A stretch of DNA of 64,000 bases from Candidatus Micrarchaeota archaeon (GTDB lineage: Archaea; Micrarchaeota; Micrarchaeia; Micrarchaeales; CABMGC01): NCBI GenBank assembly GCA_027371545.1, contig DAHXMW010000001.1, positions 9,378 through 73,377 of the forward strand, written 5' to 3'. The position numbers and the translations under genes are program-made. Shown one piece after another: positions 1-9,606 of this stretch. The notes under the pieces were generated by a model. That model made no database searches. It saw only the letters and a program-made list of their open reading frames with translations, and had not been told where the DNA came from. Within the stretch, counting starts at the first letter, position 1; the number at the start of each line of letters is the position of its first letter.

Positions 1-291
1 GCGGTGATGCGGCTATTATACCCCCTGCAATCTCCTTTTGGGTTAGCGCTCCCGCTAGCAATCGCAGTTGCATCACTGGCACTCGCGATCTCAAAATCAA
101 ACATTACCATAAAAAAGCCAAGGAGATTTATACACTCAAAATTTTATGTCTGCGACTTTCTTGCGGTTGAAGGATCTGCAAACCTAACCTACAACGGCAC
201 GCACAAAAACATAGAGCAGATATCTTATACGGAAGATGCAAAAAGGATCAGTGCTCTAAAGGATCAATTCGAAAAACTATGGGTGGATTAG
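1..291 (+). CDS. PLD/HKD-family phosphodiesterase or nuclease, C-terminal fragment (gene continues upstream of window)
   Basis: HKD-type motif 'HSKFYVCD...VEGSANLTYNG' in the translated frame; the frame is open to base 1. Confidence 0.55.
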   Translation, partial: AVMRLLYPLQSPFGLALPLAIAVASLALAISKSNITIKKPRRFIHSKFYVCDFLAVEGSANLTYNGTHKNIEQISYTEDAKRISALKDQFEKLWVD

Positions 292-977
292 CTAAAGCAG
301 ATTCTTACATCCCCAGAATAGTTAAACTGCGGCGCCTTTATGAATACACTTACTATAAAGCTGTCTTTTGTAGACGCAACGAAAGGGGTCTTTGGTTGGG
401 TGCTTACCAGCTCGAAAGGCTCGTTTATAGTAACTGAATTTACCTTGGACATATAACTTCCAACTTTGTAAAACTGCAGATCCTTCCTGAATACCTGCCC
501 CCTCTGTATCTTTATGGTTGTAGCGGTGTTCTCCAGATCCGACTTTCTGCCTGGAAATTCAAGCGTATACTTGCTTATATTGAGCGTTACTTCCTCTGAT
601 GTGTCGTTCCCAAAATCTATCGAAATAGGCCCATCATAGTTCATCTGCGGGCCCTGTACAGTAAGCCTTATGTTCTCCTTAGACATATATCCTACCTTTA
701 TTGGGAGGCTTGGCTCTATTCCAATGACCTTGAACGGGCTGCTGACCTTTATATCCTTAAGCGTTACGGTAGGGCCTCTTATGTTCTCAGGGAGCATTCC
801 GCTCCCCATCTTATTCTGGAACGGTATATTTATATCAAAAACATTCGTAGTAGAGGTTACGCCGGGCATTGCATGGACGCTGCCCATAAACTTAATGTCT
901 ATGGAACTGAGCCTGATCGTAAATCCACTACTGCGCCCAAGAAATCTGCCTAAAAATGAAATACCCATAAGGCTCAC
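288..977 (-). CDS. hypothetical beta-rich protein with an internal two-fold repeat
   Basis: 229-aa ORF. Two similar segments: '...PFKVIGIEPSLP..ENIRLTVQGPQMNYDGPISIDF' and '...PFELVSTQPKTP..DSFIVSVFIKAPQFNYSGDVRICF'. No family recognised. Confidence 0.4.
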   Translation of the reverse strand: MSLMGISFLGRFLGRSSGFTIRLSSIDIKFMGSVHAMPGVTSTTNVFDINIPFQNKMGSGMLPENIRGPTVTLKDIKVSSPFKVIGIEPSLPIKVGYMSKENIRLTVQGPQMNYDGPISIDFGNDTSEEVTLNISKYTLEFPGRKSDLENTATTIKIQRGQVFRKDLQFYKVGSYMSKVNSVTINEPFELVSTQPKTPFVASTKDSFIVSVFIKAPQFNYSGDVRICFS

Positions 978-1079
978 CAGTGTAAATAATCAGACCCTGT
1001 ATCCAGATATAAAACTAATGCTGTCAAGTTTTATAAACTAATACTTGAAATTGTCTCTATACAGCAAAATAGTGATTTT

Positions 1080-1544
1080 TTGGTAGCATTAAACGATAAA
1101 GCTCCGGACTTCAATCTTCCAGGCTCTGATGGGAAAAAGCATTCGCTTAAGGAATTTGCAGGAAGGTATTTGGTAATATACTTCTATCCAAAGGACGATA
1201 CCCCAGGATGCACCGTCGAAGCGATAGGCTTTACAAAAGCCCTTGAAGATCTACGTACAATGGGGTGCGAGGTCGTAGGCATAAGCAGCGACGACGAAAG
1301 ATCTCACCTTAGATTCTGCGAAAAGCGCAGCCTAAAGCATCTGCTTTTATCAGACGAGTCGCATGAGACCATAAAAGCTTATGGTGCTTACGGGAGCCGC
1401 GGCATTTTTGGGATGGGGACGCAGCGGAAGACATACATACTGGATGGCACAGGGACGGTGATAAAGATATTCGAAAAGGTAAATCCAAAAGGCCATGAGA
1501 AAGAGATACTTGATTTCATAGAAAGCGCGCAGAAAAAGAGGTAA
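1080..1544 (+). CDS. bcp: thiol peroxidase / peroxiredoxin, Bcp type
   Basis: 'APDFNLPGSDGKKHSLKEFAGRYLVIYFYPKDDTPGCTVEA' carries the peroxidatic Cys motif (TPGCT). TTG start. Confidence 0.9.
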   Translation: MVALNDKAPDFNLPGSDGKKHSLKEFAGRYLVIYFYPKDDTPGCTVEAIGFTKALEDLRTMGCEVVGISSDDERSHLRFCEKRSLKHLLLSDESHETIKAYGAYGSRGIFGMGTQRKTYILDGTGTVIKIFEKVNPKGHEKEILDFIESAQKKR

Positions 1545-1548
1545 TCCG

Positions 1549-4083
1549 ATGTCTAAGGGAAAAAATATAGCAAAACGGCTCTCTGATTACGAAATAAGGC
1601 CGAGCAATTACTGCATAACCATAAAGCCTGATGCGCGCACTTTCACCTTCTCGGGGCACGAAATAATAAGCGCAGAGTGCAAAAGCCCTATGAAAGAAAT
1701 ACGACTTAACTCATCGGAGATAAAGATAAAGAGCGCCTTTGTAGAATCTAAGGATGGGGAAGAGAAGGCGAGGGTCACCGAAGAAAAAGATCTACAACGC
1801 ATACGCTTATCCCTAAGCAGCAGAGTGCGCGGAAAGATAAAAATAAAGCTTGAGTTCGAGGGGACAAACAACGATGGCATGTACGGGTTCTACAGGAGTA
1901 CATACTCAAATAATGGGAAAAAGTGCACGCTTCTATCCACTCAGTTTGAAGCAACGAATGCGAGAAATGCCTTCCCATGCTTCGATGAGCCTGAACTCAA
2001 GGCTACTTTCGACATATCGCTTGTAGTAGACAAAAAACAGGACTGCATATCAAACATGCCTGAGGCAGAATCGATGGACATGGGAAATGGAAAGAAAGCA
2101 GTAATATTCAAGCGCACTCCAAAGATGTCTACGTATCTTGTCTATTTCGGAGTGGGCAACTTCGACATCCTAAGCTCAAAAATGGGAAATCTTGAAGTGA
2201 GAGTAATATCCACGCCTGGAAAGAGGCAGCTGTGTGCGCTTGCAATGGATTACACCAAGAAATTTGTTGCCTTCTATGAAAAATACTTCGGGATAAAATA
2301 TCCACTTCCAAAACTTGACATGATAGCCATACCTGACTATGCTGCAGGCGCAATGGAAAACTGGGGTGCGATAACATTCAGGGAAATAAATCTCCTAGCA
2401 GACGAGAGGACTTCAGAAGCCGCGAAGCAGAGAATAGCCGAGGTGATAGCCCATGAGCTTGCCCACCAATGGTTCGGCGACCTTGTTACTATGAAGTGGT
2501 GGAATGACCTATGGCTGAACGAGAGCTTTGCCACATTCATGAGCTACAAAGCACAGGATGCACTATTCAAGGAGTGGAAGATAAGCGAGCAGTTCCTAGA
2601 GAAGGTAACATCCTCCGCACTAGGGGCGGATCAGCTTGAATCAACGCATCCAATAAGCGTCGAGGTAAATTCTCCAGAGGAAATAGACCAGATATTCGAT
2701 TCCATAAGCTATGAAAAGGGATGCAGTGTGCTCAAGATGGTAGAGGATTATGCCTCGGAAAGCACATTCAGGAAAGGCTTGAGAAACTACCTGAAGAAGC
2801 ACTCGTACTCAAATGCAACCAAAGATGACCTATGGGGCGCAATACAAGATGCCGCCGATAAGGAAGGCGCAAAGAAAAAGATAATCGAGGTAGCGCAGGC
2901 ATGGATTGAAAACCCGGGATATCCAATAGTAAGCGTCTCAAATTCTGGAACAGGTCTATCAGTATCGCAGGAGAGGTACTTCCTATTGAAAGACAAGAGG
3001 AGCAATACGCTTTGGCCCATCCCTATTTCCTATAATGCATCGAAAGGCAGCGTCTCATTCCTTCTCGAAAAGAGAGGCGGGAGCATACGCGATGCAAAAG
3101 ATGGGCTGATAAATGGAGACAGGACGGGATTCTACAGAGTCAGGTATTCAAAAGGTATATTAGAAGAATTATCTGGCAGGATGGCTAAACAAGAACTAAG
3201 CGGCAAGGAAGAGTGGGGGATAATAAGCGACCTTTTCGCTCTCGCAAGATCTGGAAGAATAAAAGCTGAAGAGTACTTGGATTTCGCGGAAAATCACCAT
3301 GAAGAGCTCAGCTACCCCGCAAACTCTGCAAATCTACGCCATATGATATGGCTCTCAAAAATGCTTCCTGATGGTGATGAAAGAAAGAGGGCCATCAAAC
3401 TCACCGCGGAGTGCGGTTTCTCTATCCTGAAGCAGCTCGGCTGGTCCAAGAAAAAGGGCGAGTCAATAATAAGCACAATGCTAAGGGGCAACGCCATCTA
3501 CGCATCGGCATTCGGTGGCAACGCAGAAGTCATATCCAAAGCGAAGAAGCTTTTTGGGGAGTACATGCGCCAAAGCCCCGCTGCAGACCCTAACCTAATG
3601 GGTTCCATATACAGCATAAATGCAATGTATGGCGGTAGCAAGGAATTCTCAAGATTTATAAGCAGATTCAAGGAGGCCAGAATGCCCGAGGAGAAACTCA
3701 GAATACTCGGTGCAATAGGCCAATTCAGGGACAAGAAGCTCCTCGAAAGGGCACTATACTTATCAACATCAAATGAGATTCGCAAGCAGGATTCGATATA
3801 CATACCTGCTTCGGTGTCTTCAGATCCTTCAAACCTTGATCTCCTGTGGGTATGGGAGACTAAGAACTGGAAGACGCTAATGAGTAATTACGCCAGCGGC
3901 ACTCATATGCTGGGCAGGTATATAGAAAACTTCGGGTATTCATCAAGCAGGGAGACAATCAACAGAATAAACGGCTTCTTCGGAAAGAAGGAGAACATGC
4001 GCAACGATCTAAAGAAGCCGATACGGCAGACAGCCGAGATAATAGCCTCCAACGCAAACTTTTCAGCTGCAAATTCCCATTGA
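1549..4083 (+). CDS. M1-family zinc aminopeptidase (aminopeptidase N / tricorn-interacting-factor-like)
   Basis: GAMEN exopeptidase motif ('AAGAMENWGA') and 'HELAHQWFGDLVTMKWWNDLWLNESFA' (HEXXH-18-E). Confidence 0.9.
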   Translation: MSKGKNIAKRLSDYEIRPSNYCITIKPDARTFTFSGHEIISAECKSPMKEIRLNSSEIKIKSAFVESKDGEEKARVTEEKDLQRIRLSLSSRVRGKIKIKLEFEGTNNDGMYGFYRSTYSNNGKKCTLLSTQFEATNARNAFPCFDEPELKATFDISLVVDKKQDCISNMPEAESMDMGNGKKAVIFKRTPKMSTYLVYFGVGNFDILSSKMGNLEVRVISTPGKRQLCALAMDYTKKFVAFYEKYFGIKYPLPKLDMIAIPDYAAGAMENWGAITFREINLLADERTSEAAKQRIAEVIAHELAHQWFGDLVTMKWWNDLWLNESFATFMSYKAQDALFKEWKISEQFLEKVTSSALGADQLESTHPISVEVNSPEEIDQIFDSISYEKGCSVLKMVEDYASESTFRKGLRNYLKKHSYSNATKDDLWGAIQDAADKEGAKKKIIEVAQAWIENPGYPIVSVSNSGTGLSVSQERYFLLKDKRSNTLWPIPISYNASKGSVSFLLEKRGGSIRDAKDGLINGDRTGFYRVRYSKGILEELSGRMAKQELSGKEEWGIISDLFALARSGRIKAEEYLDFAENHHEELSYPANSANLRHMIWLSKMLPDGDERKRAIKLTAECGFSILKQLGWSKKKGESIISTMLRGNAIYASAFGGNAEVISKAKKLFGEYMRQSPAADPNLMGSIYSINAMYGGSKEFSRFISRFKEARMPEEKLRILGAIGQFRDKKLLERALYLSTSNEIRKQDSIYIPASVSSDPSNLDLLWVWETKNWKTLMSNYASGTHMLGRYIENFGYSSSRETINRINGFFGKKENMRNDLKKPIRQTAEIIASNANFSAANSH

Positions 4084-4097
4084 TAGAGTGAATACTT

Positions 4098-5408
4098 ATG
4101 GATACAAACAATAAAGCGCTCGAGCTACATAAGCGCAGCAAGGGCAAGATAGAGATAATCCCAAAAGTGCCACTTAGCAATTCAGATGAACTCTCCGAGT
4201 TCTATACTCCTGGTGTAGCATCAGTATCAAACGCTATAAGCGCAGAGCCTGAGAAAGCATACGAGTATACCTCAAAATCTAATATGGTCGCAATAGTATC
4301 AGACGGAACGCGGGTCCTTGGCCTTGGAAATGTAGGTCCGGAAGCAGCAATTCCAGTAATGGAAGGGAAATCTGCAATATTTAAGAGGTTTGGCGGGATA
4401 GATGCCGTGCCGATATGCATAGCAGAGAGGGACGAAGAGAAGATAATAGGTCTGGTAAAGGCCATCTCCCCGTCTTTTGGGGCAATAAACATAGAGGATA
4501 TTGAGTCACCAAAGTGCTTCAGGATACTCGAGAGGCTTCAGAAGGAGCTCGATATACCTGTCTTCCACGATGACCAGCAGGGTACCGCTGCAGTTGTTCT
4601 TGGCGGGATAATCAACTCACTAAAGCTTTCAGGGAAGGGAAAAGGCTCAAAGATTGTAATACTCGGTGCGGGCGCCGCAGGCTATGGAATTGCAAGGCTG
4701 CTTCTCACGCGTGGCTTCAGTAATATAATTGTTGTAGATTCAAGCGGTGCAATATACAAAGGCCGCAAGGAAGACATGACTCCAGAAAAGGTGCGAATAG
4801 CCGAGGCCACAAACAAGGGAATGTTCACAGGCTCGCTTGACAGCGCAATGGAAGGTGCAGATATATTCATTGGGGTCTCATCAAAAGGCAAGATAACAAA
4901 GGAGAACATAAGCAGCATGGCCGAGAGGCCTATAGTGTTTGCCCTATCAAATCCATACCCAGAAATAAGCTATGAAGATGCGGTAGACGCAGGCGCTTTC
5001 ATAGTAGCTACTGGAAGAAGCGATAAACCAAACCAGGTAAACAACCTCCTCGCTTTTCCAGGAATCGTAAGGGGGCTGCTGGAGACTAGGGCACATGCAA
5101 TAACGGAAAACACTTTACTGGCAGCAGCAGAAGAGATAGCGCACTCGGTAGGAAAGAATCTAGCTGCAGAACACATACTGCCAAGGATCGGAGACAGAGG
5201 CTTCGAGACCTCTGTAGCGCCCAAGGTTGCCGCTGCAGTAGCAGAGGCAACAGTATCACAGGGATTGTCAAGGATAAAGGTAAGCAGGGATGAAGTGCTC
5301 TCATCAGCAAGGTCTGCAATCAGGCGCTATATTAGAATAGAGGCCAAGCTTGTAAAGAAAGGATTCTATGAGAGAGAAGGTAATCCCATGGAACGCAGCA
5401 AAGCCTGA
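4098..5408 (+). CDS. NAD(P)-dependent malic enzyme (oxaloacetate-decarboxylating malate dehydrogenase)
   Basis: 'YTPGVA', 'VSDGTRVLGLGNVGPEAAIPVMEGK', 'FHDDQQGTAAV' and 'GAGAAG' Rossmann motifs are typical of short prokaryotic malic enzymes. Confidence 0.85.
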   Translation: MDTNNKALELHKRSKGKIEIIPKVPLSNSDELSEFYTPGVASVSNAISAEPEKAYEYTSKSNMVAIVSDGTRVLGLGNVGPEAAIPVMEGKSAIFKRFGGIDAVPICIAERDEEKIIGLVKAISPSFGAINIEDIESPKCFRILERLQKELDIPVFHDDQQGTAAVVLGGIINSLKLSGKGKGSKIVILGAGAAGYGIARLLLTRGFSNIIVVDSSGAIYKGRKEDMTPEKVRIAEATNKGMFTGSLDSAMEGADIFIGVSSKGKITKENISSMAERPIVFALSNPYPEISYEDAVDAGAFIVATGRSDKPNQVNNLLAFPGIVRGLLETRAHAITENTLLAAAEEIAHSVGKNLAAEHILPRIGDRGFETSVAPKVAAAVAEATVSQGLSRIKVSRDEVLSSARSAIRRYIRIEAKLVKKGFYEREGNPMERSKA

Positions 5409-5414
5409 CATAGC

Positions 5415-6635
5415 CTACCTGTTTATCTTCGTAGTAAACATGCCATTATAGCTTATGGCAAGCACTTTAGGAGAAGGTTCATTAGCTGTCTTTAAGTAAG
5501 AGACCCCGTAGAAAGAGAGCAGAGGGAAGAGGTATATAACTAGCAACGTTCCCGCGGGCAACGCAACGATGGCAAGAAGCAGTAGGCAGATCCCAAGCCT
5601 TGAGAAGTTCAGGTAATACTCCCTATTTATCCAGAAAAGCGATCTGTCTATTCCATGCTCCTTCTCCACAAGGACAAGGAAATTTGTCGTAGCCTTATTA
5701 TTGAGTGGCGCATTAACAAGGGCGTATACGAACGAGAAGAAGAATACATTTATAGGCGGCGGCATGAAAGCCGGGAAGACTAGAAACAAGCTGGAGGCTA
5801 TCGTAGCAACAATGCCTATCCTAACAAAAGCATTCCACCTCTTGAATCCTTTCCTAAAAATGAGCCCAGAGACTGTGGAAACTAGAAGCGTAAAACTTAC
5901 ATAAACTCCTACAAGAAAGTAGTTTGAAGTTATCTGGAATACGTATATCGGCATTACTATAGAAAACGGCACCGCGAAGAGCTGGCTGAAGAAAAAGAGG
6001 CTCTTGAAGTCAGAGTATCCATAAACTTTTATCATGGTGTCCCTGAGCCTGAATTTCCTACCCTGCTGTATGTTGTGCACATCAAGTTTTCGTATCGCAA
6101 GCGCAGAAGAGAGCAGTACCGCAGCAGCAACTGCGAAGTCTATTATAAACCTGCTGCTGCCAGTGGTACCTGCAAACTGAACCAGCGTTCCTCCTAAAAG
6201 AGGCGAGATCATGGCTATTACGCTGCTAAGCGCATTTATGGTTGAGATGAGCGCAAACCTATTCCTCTTCAGTGTTATGTCATAGAGGATATTGTTGCTT
6301 CCAGCCCAGAAGAGACCGCTAGAAAGGCCGTATACGAATCCGAATATCAGTACATTTGAAAAATACCCTATCGCCACTATGAGTGCAATCAGTATTGCTA
6401 TCCTGAACACTTCCCCGGCAATGAATAAGTCCCTTGGCATAAACTTGTTCATTAGGTATCCTGAGAGAGTGAACATCAGGAAGAGCCCTGCGGTCAATGC
6501 GAGCTGGAAATACAAGACTGCAGCGTATGATCCCGAAGAGAAGAAGAAAAGGTTAAGGAAGACGCCAACTATCCCCTGTGAGAATGTGAAGAGAAGGAAA
6601 GATATGTAATATCTTCTTATATTGTCAAGATTCAT
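5415..6635 (-). CDS. multi-pass membrane transporter, MFS-like
   Basis: 406 aa, about 12 hydrophobic segments, two-halves organisation. No specific substrate motif recognised. Confidence 0.45.
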   Translation of the reverse strand: MNLDNIRRYYISFLLFTFSQGIVGVFLNLFFFSSGSYAAVLYFQLALTAGLFLMFTLSGYLMNKFMPRDLFIAGEVFRIAILIALIVAIGYFSNVLIFGFVYGLSSGLFWAGSNNILYDITLKRNRFALISTINALSSVIAMISPLLGGTLVQFAGTTGSSRFIIDFAVAAAVLLSSALAIRKLDVHNIQQGRKFRLRDTMIKVYGYSDFKSLFFFSQLFAVPFSIVMPIYVFQITSNYFLVGVYVSFTLLVSTVSGLIFRKGFKRWNAFVRIGIVATIASSLFLVFPAFMPPPINVFFFSFVYALVNAPLNNKATTNFLVLVEKEHGIDRSLFWINREYYLNFSRLGICLLLLAIVALPAGTLLVIYLFPLLSFYGVSYLKTANEPSPKVLAISYNGMFTTKINR

Positions 6636-6649
6636 TCTCCCATCTTGGG

Positions 6650-7081
6650 TTACTTCGCATTAACCCCAAGCAGCGCCACATCTGCGGCACTGCCCTCGTG
6701 AAATTTAAGATCCAAGAATCGGCGTATAATAACACCGTTCTCTCTTGCAAAAGTCTCAATACTTTCCCTTCTGTCAGAGAAGACCAGGAAGTCTCCTGCG
6801 TCATTAACGCTACACTCGGATAAGGCCTCATCTATCCTGTCGCTTCCGCTTATGAATAGCATCATCTCTATATTTACGTTACCAGAAGCCATTCCGCCTT
6901 CGCTAAGCCTAACATATGCATTCAGATACGATGGCAGAAGGCGTTCCAGAAACTCCTCCTTGTTCTTAAGGAGCAGCATAAATCGCCCTTTTCCGAAAGA
7001 AGAAGCAGCTCCCTTCAACTTTTCAGCATCAACCTCGGAAGTGCATTCTGCAGCGCATCCTGGGCCAACGGGATCCATCAA
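6650..7081 (-). CDS. KEOPS complex subunit Cgi121-like
   Basis: The pattern 'IEMMLFISGSDRIDEALSECSVNDAGDFLVFSDRRESIETF' parallels archaeal Cgi121 ('MEILVRASGQRQIHEAIKIIG..DGNVCLICEDEETF'). Confidence 0.55.
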   Translation of the reverse strand: MMDPVGPGCAAECTSEVDAEKLKGAASSFGKGRFMLLLKNKEEFLERLLPSYLNAYVRLSEGGMASGNVNIEMMLFISGSDRIDEALSECSVNDAGDFLVFSDRRESIETFARENGVIIRRFLDLKFHEGSAADVALLGVNAK

Positions 7082-7145
7082 CTCACAAAATTACCTTGGA
7101 TTCTTAAGTTAAAAAACCTGCTCTATAATCGTGCGCTGCAGCTAT

Positions 7146-7156
7146 AGGTTTAAAAT
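7146..7156 (+). promoter_or_regulatory. BRE/TATA-like box upstream of S8e
   Basis: 'aggtttaaaat' lies about 45-50 nt upstream of the ATG at 7201. The same 'aaGGTTTAWAAA' pattern recurs at 23024 and 46582. Confidence 0.45.
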
Positions 7157-7200
7157 CTTTCCCATACATATCTTATTTTAAAAACACCATAGTGTATATT

Positions 7201-7596
7201 ATGAGCCAGTTCGGATCACAACTCCATTCAAGCTCCTCAAGGAAATTGTCAGGGAGCGGGAAGAAGAGGAACAAGAACAAGGATAAAAAGCGACATGAGA
7301 TGGGGGGATACTTTTCCGCTACAAAGCTAGGCGCAGAGAACAGCCACAAGAAAGTAAGAGGAAGGGGCGGATCGCTTAAGGATAAGCTCAAATACGCGGC
7401 AACAGTAAACCTGCTTACAAAAAGCGGATATAAGAAGACCAAGATAAAAGCAGTAGTCGAATCAAAAGACAACCGCAACTTCGCAAGGCTCAACGTCATA
7501 ACCAAGGGGTCTGTAATAGATACGGATCTAGGCAAGGCTGTGGTAACTAGCAGGCCCGGAAGCAGTGCAGTAATAAACGCGCGGCTGATAGAGTAA
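7201..7596 (+). CDS. rps8e: 30S ribosomal protein S8e (eS8)
   Basis: 'SRKLSGSGKKRNKNKDKKRHEMGG', basic N-terminus, '...VVTSRPGSSAVINARLIE'. ATG at 7201 preferred over the upstream GTG at 7192. Confidence 0.85.
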   Translation: MSQFGSQLHSSSSRKLSGSGKKRNKNKDKKRHEMGGYFSATKLGAENSHKKVRGRGGSLKDKLKYAATVNLLTKSGYKKTKIKAVVESKDNRNFARLNVITKGSVIDTDLGKAVVTSRPGSSAVINARLIE

Positions 7597-7980
7597 GGTG
7601 ATGCAATAAGCGCAGTTGTCTATTCTTGCAGCGCGGCAGACGCGGAGAAGCTCAGGCATATCCTCTCATACGACCCATATCTTGACAAATCCATCTCCGC
7701 TGAGAAGCTAAGTGAGATAAAAAAGGACAACTCTGCGAATGTCATATTTGCCAGGCAGGATTATCAACTCAAGGATGGGGTATCTCTTGGGCTTGACAGG
7801 GAGAAATATTACCTTTATATATCAGCAACAGACGAATTCCTCTCAGAAGCAGATAAGAAACTCAAGCAGGAGATACCAAGCATAGAGAAGGTGGATGCTG
7901 CCTTAACGGACAGGATTGTATCAGAACTGGACAAGGAAAGGTCGATGAGCGAGCACGGCCTCGGCCTTATTTTCGGTTAG
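7597..7980 (+). CDS. unannotated 127-codon open frame lacking a canonical start; hypothetical protein ending in 'GLGLIFG'
   Basis: Uninterrupted frame from the S8e TAA stop (7594-7596) to TAG at 7978-7980, in the same frame as S8e. The first in-frame GTG/ATG occur only in the last ~38/~12 codons. GGTGAT (7597-7602) precedes an ATA at 7606. The translation looks protein-like. Confidence 0.45.
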   Translation, partial: GDAISAVVYSCSAADAEKLRHILSYDPYLDKSISAEKLSEIKKDNSANVIFARQDYQLKDGVSLGLDREKYYLYISATDEFLSEADKKLKQEIPSIEKVDAALTDRIVSELDKERSMSEHGLGLIFG

Positions 7981-7990
7981 GCGGTGCCGG

Positions 7991-8890
7991 ATGAACCTGA
8001 CCAAGATTACAAGGCTCTCCGCAAATGAGATAAATAATATATTCGACATCTCCGACGCAATAAAATCTGGCAGGCAAACGGCAGCCATGGAAAGGAAAGT
8101 CTTGGCTCTGCTTTTCGAAAAGCCTTCCACAAGGACCCGCGTCTCTTTTGAGGCTGCGATGGCTAGGCTGGGCGGAAGCTCAATATACATAGACAAAAAT
8201 ACATCACAGCTCTCCAGGGGTGAGACTATCGGCGATACTGCAATGGTGCTGAGCCAGTATGTCGATTTCATAGCTGCAAGGATGTATAAGCAGCAAGATC
8301 TGGAAGATCTTGCATCTTCATCCACAGTGCCTGTAATAAACGCGCTTACTGATCTGGAGCACCCATGCCAGGCCATAAGCGATATGTACACGATGAGGGA
8401 GAAGGCAGGTGCGCTCGGAGGGAAAAAACTTGCGTTTGTAGGTGATATAGCCGCAAACACTGCAAACTCGCTTCTGGTAGGATGCACGACCATGGGTATG
8501 CAGGTTACCTTGGTGGGGCCTGAAGGCTGCAAGCCAAACGCCGAGTATCTATCGATAGCGAAGAAGAGGGGTACCGTGGAAGTCACTGTAGACATGCAAC
8601 ATGGCTTAGAAAGCGCCGATTTCATATATACCGATACGTTTGTGAGCATGGGACAGGAGGCTGAGGCAGAGAAGCGGAAAGCAGAATTCAGGGAATTCCA
8701 GCTTAATACCCGTGCGCTCTCTTATGCAAAGAAGACAGCTTTAGTGATGCATTGTCTCCCTGCCCACAGGGGCGAGGAGATAACATCTGATGTTCTAGAT
8801 GGAAAGAGGAGCATAGTTGCCCTTCAGGCAAAGAACAAGATGATAGTGGAAGGTGCTATCCTAATCCATCTTTCCCAAAATAATGGTTGA
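7991..8890 (+). CDS. argF: ornithine carbamoyltransferase
   Basis: 'FEKPSTRTRVSFEAA', 'HPCQA', 'FVSMGQE' and 'HCLPAHRGEE' motifs. Confidence 0.85.
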   Translation: MNLTKITRLSANEINNIFDISDAIKSGRQTAAMERKVLALLFEKPSTRTRVSFEAAMARLGGSSIYIDKNTSQLSRGETIGDTAMVLSQYVDFIAARMYKQQDLEDLASSSTVPVINALTDLEHPCQAISDMYTMREKAGALGGKKLAFVGDIAANTANSLLVGCTTMGMQVTLVGPEGCKPNAEYLSIAKKRGTVEVTVDMQHGLESADFIYTDTFVSMGQEAEAEKRKAEFREFQLNTRALSYAKKTALVMHCLPAHRGEEITSDVLDGKRSIVALQAKNKMIVEGAILIHLSQNNG

Positions 8891-8894
8891 TTAA

Positions 8895-9587
8895 ATGGCC
8901 CAGAAGAAAATAATGTGCCTCTCCCTCGGGGGGAGCATTATATCCCGCGACACAGGCGTTAACGTTGAATACAGCAAGAAGCTCTCAGCTCTTATAGATC
9001 ACTTCAGGGACAAATACAAGTTTATAATAGTTGTCGGAGGCGGATATGCCAGCCGCTTATACATACAGTCAACAAAGAATATAATAGAGAACAACTCCCT
9101 TCTTGATCAAGTCGGAATAGCATTTACAAGGATAAATGCGCTCATACTCAAGGATCTGCTTGGCAATCTCAGCGTATACCCGAACGTTATAACTAGCCTG
9201 GAAGAGCTGAAGAACTCTCTTAGCATGAATGACATAGTGGTACTCGGGGGACTGCTACCAGGGATATCTACCGATGCCGTATCGGTACTAGCATGCGAGG
9301 TTACAAACAGCAAGCTCCTGATAAATGTCAGCGCCACATCCTACGTATATGACAAGCCGCCATCAGAGGAAGGCGCAAAGAAGCTCAAGAACCTGACCCA
9401 TGAGCAGCTTGTAGAGCTTGCATACAAATACGACCAGAGAGAAGCTGGCTCGCATTTCATACTGGATCTGGTAGCAAGCAAGCTGGCAAAGAGATCCAAG
9501 ATAGAGATACGCTTCGTTGACGATAATATAGAAAACCTCTATGCTGCAATAGAAGGCAGGGAGCACAACGGCACCACCGTTAAGTGA
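8895..9587 (+). CDS. pyrH: UMP kinase, archaeal type
   Basis: Amino-acid-kinase fold ('LSLGGSII', 'VVGGGYASR', 'ISTDAV'). The C-terminus 'IEGREHNGTTVK' matches archaeal PyrH ('GDHNGTTIEP'). Confidence 0.8.
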   Translation: MAQKKIMCLSLGGSIISRDTGVNVEYSKKLSALIDHFRDKYKFIIVVGGGYASRLYIQSTKNIIENNSLLDQVGIAFTRINALILKDLLGNLSVYPNVITSLEELKNSLSMNDIVVLGGLLPGISTDAVSVLACEVTNSKLLINVSATSYVYDKPPSEEGAKKLKNLTHEQLVELAYKYDQREAGSHFILDLVASKLAKRSKIEIRFVDDNIENLYAAIEGREHNGTTVK

Positions 9588-9606
9588 AGCCCAAAGAGAG
9601 CATTCT

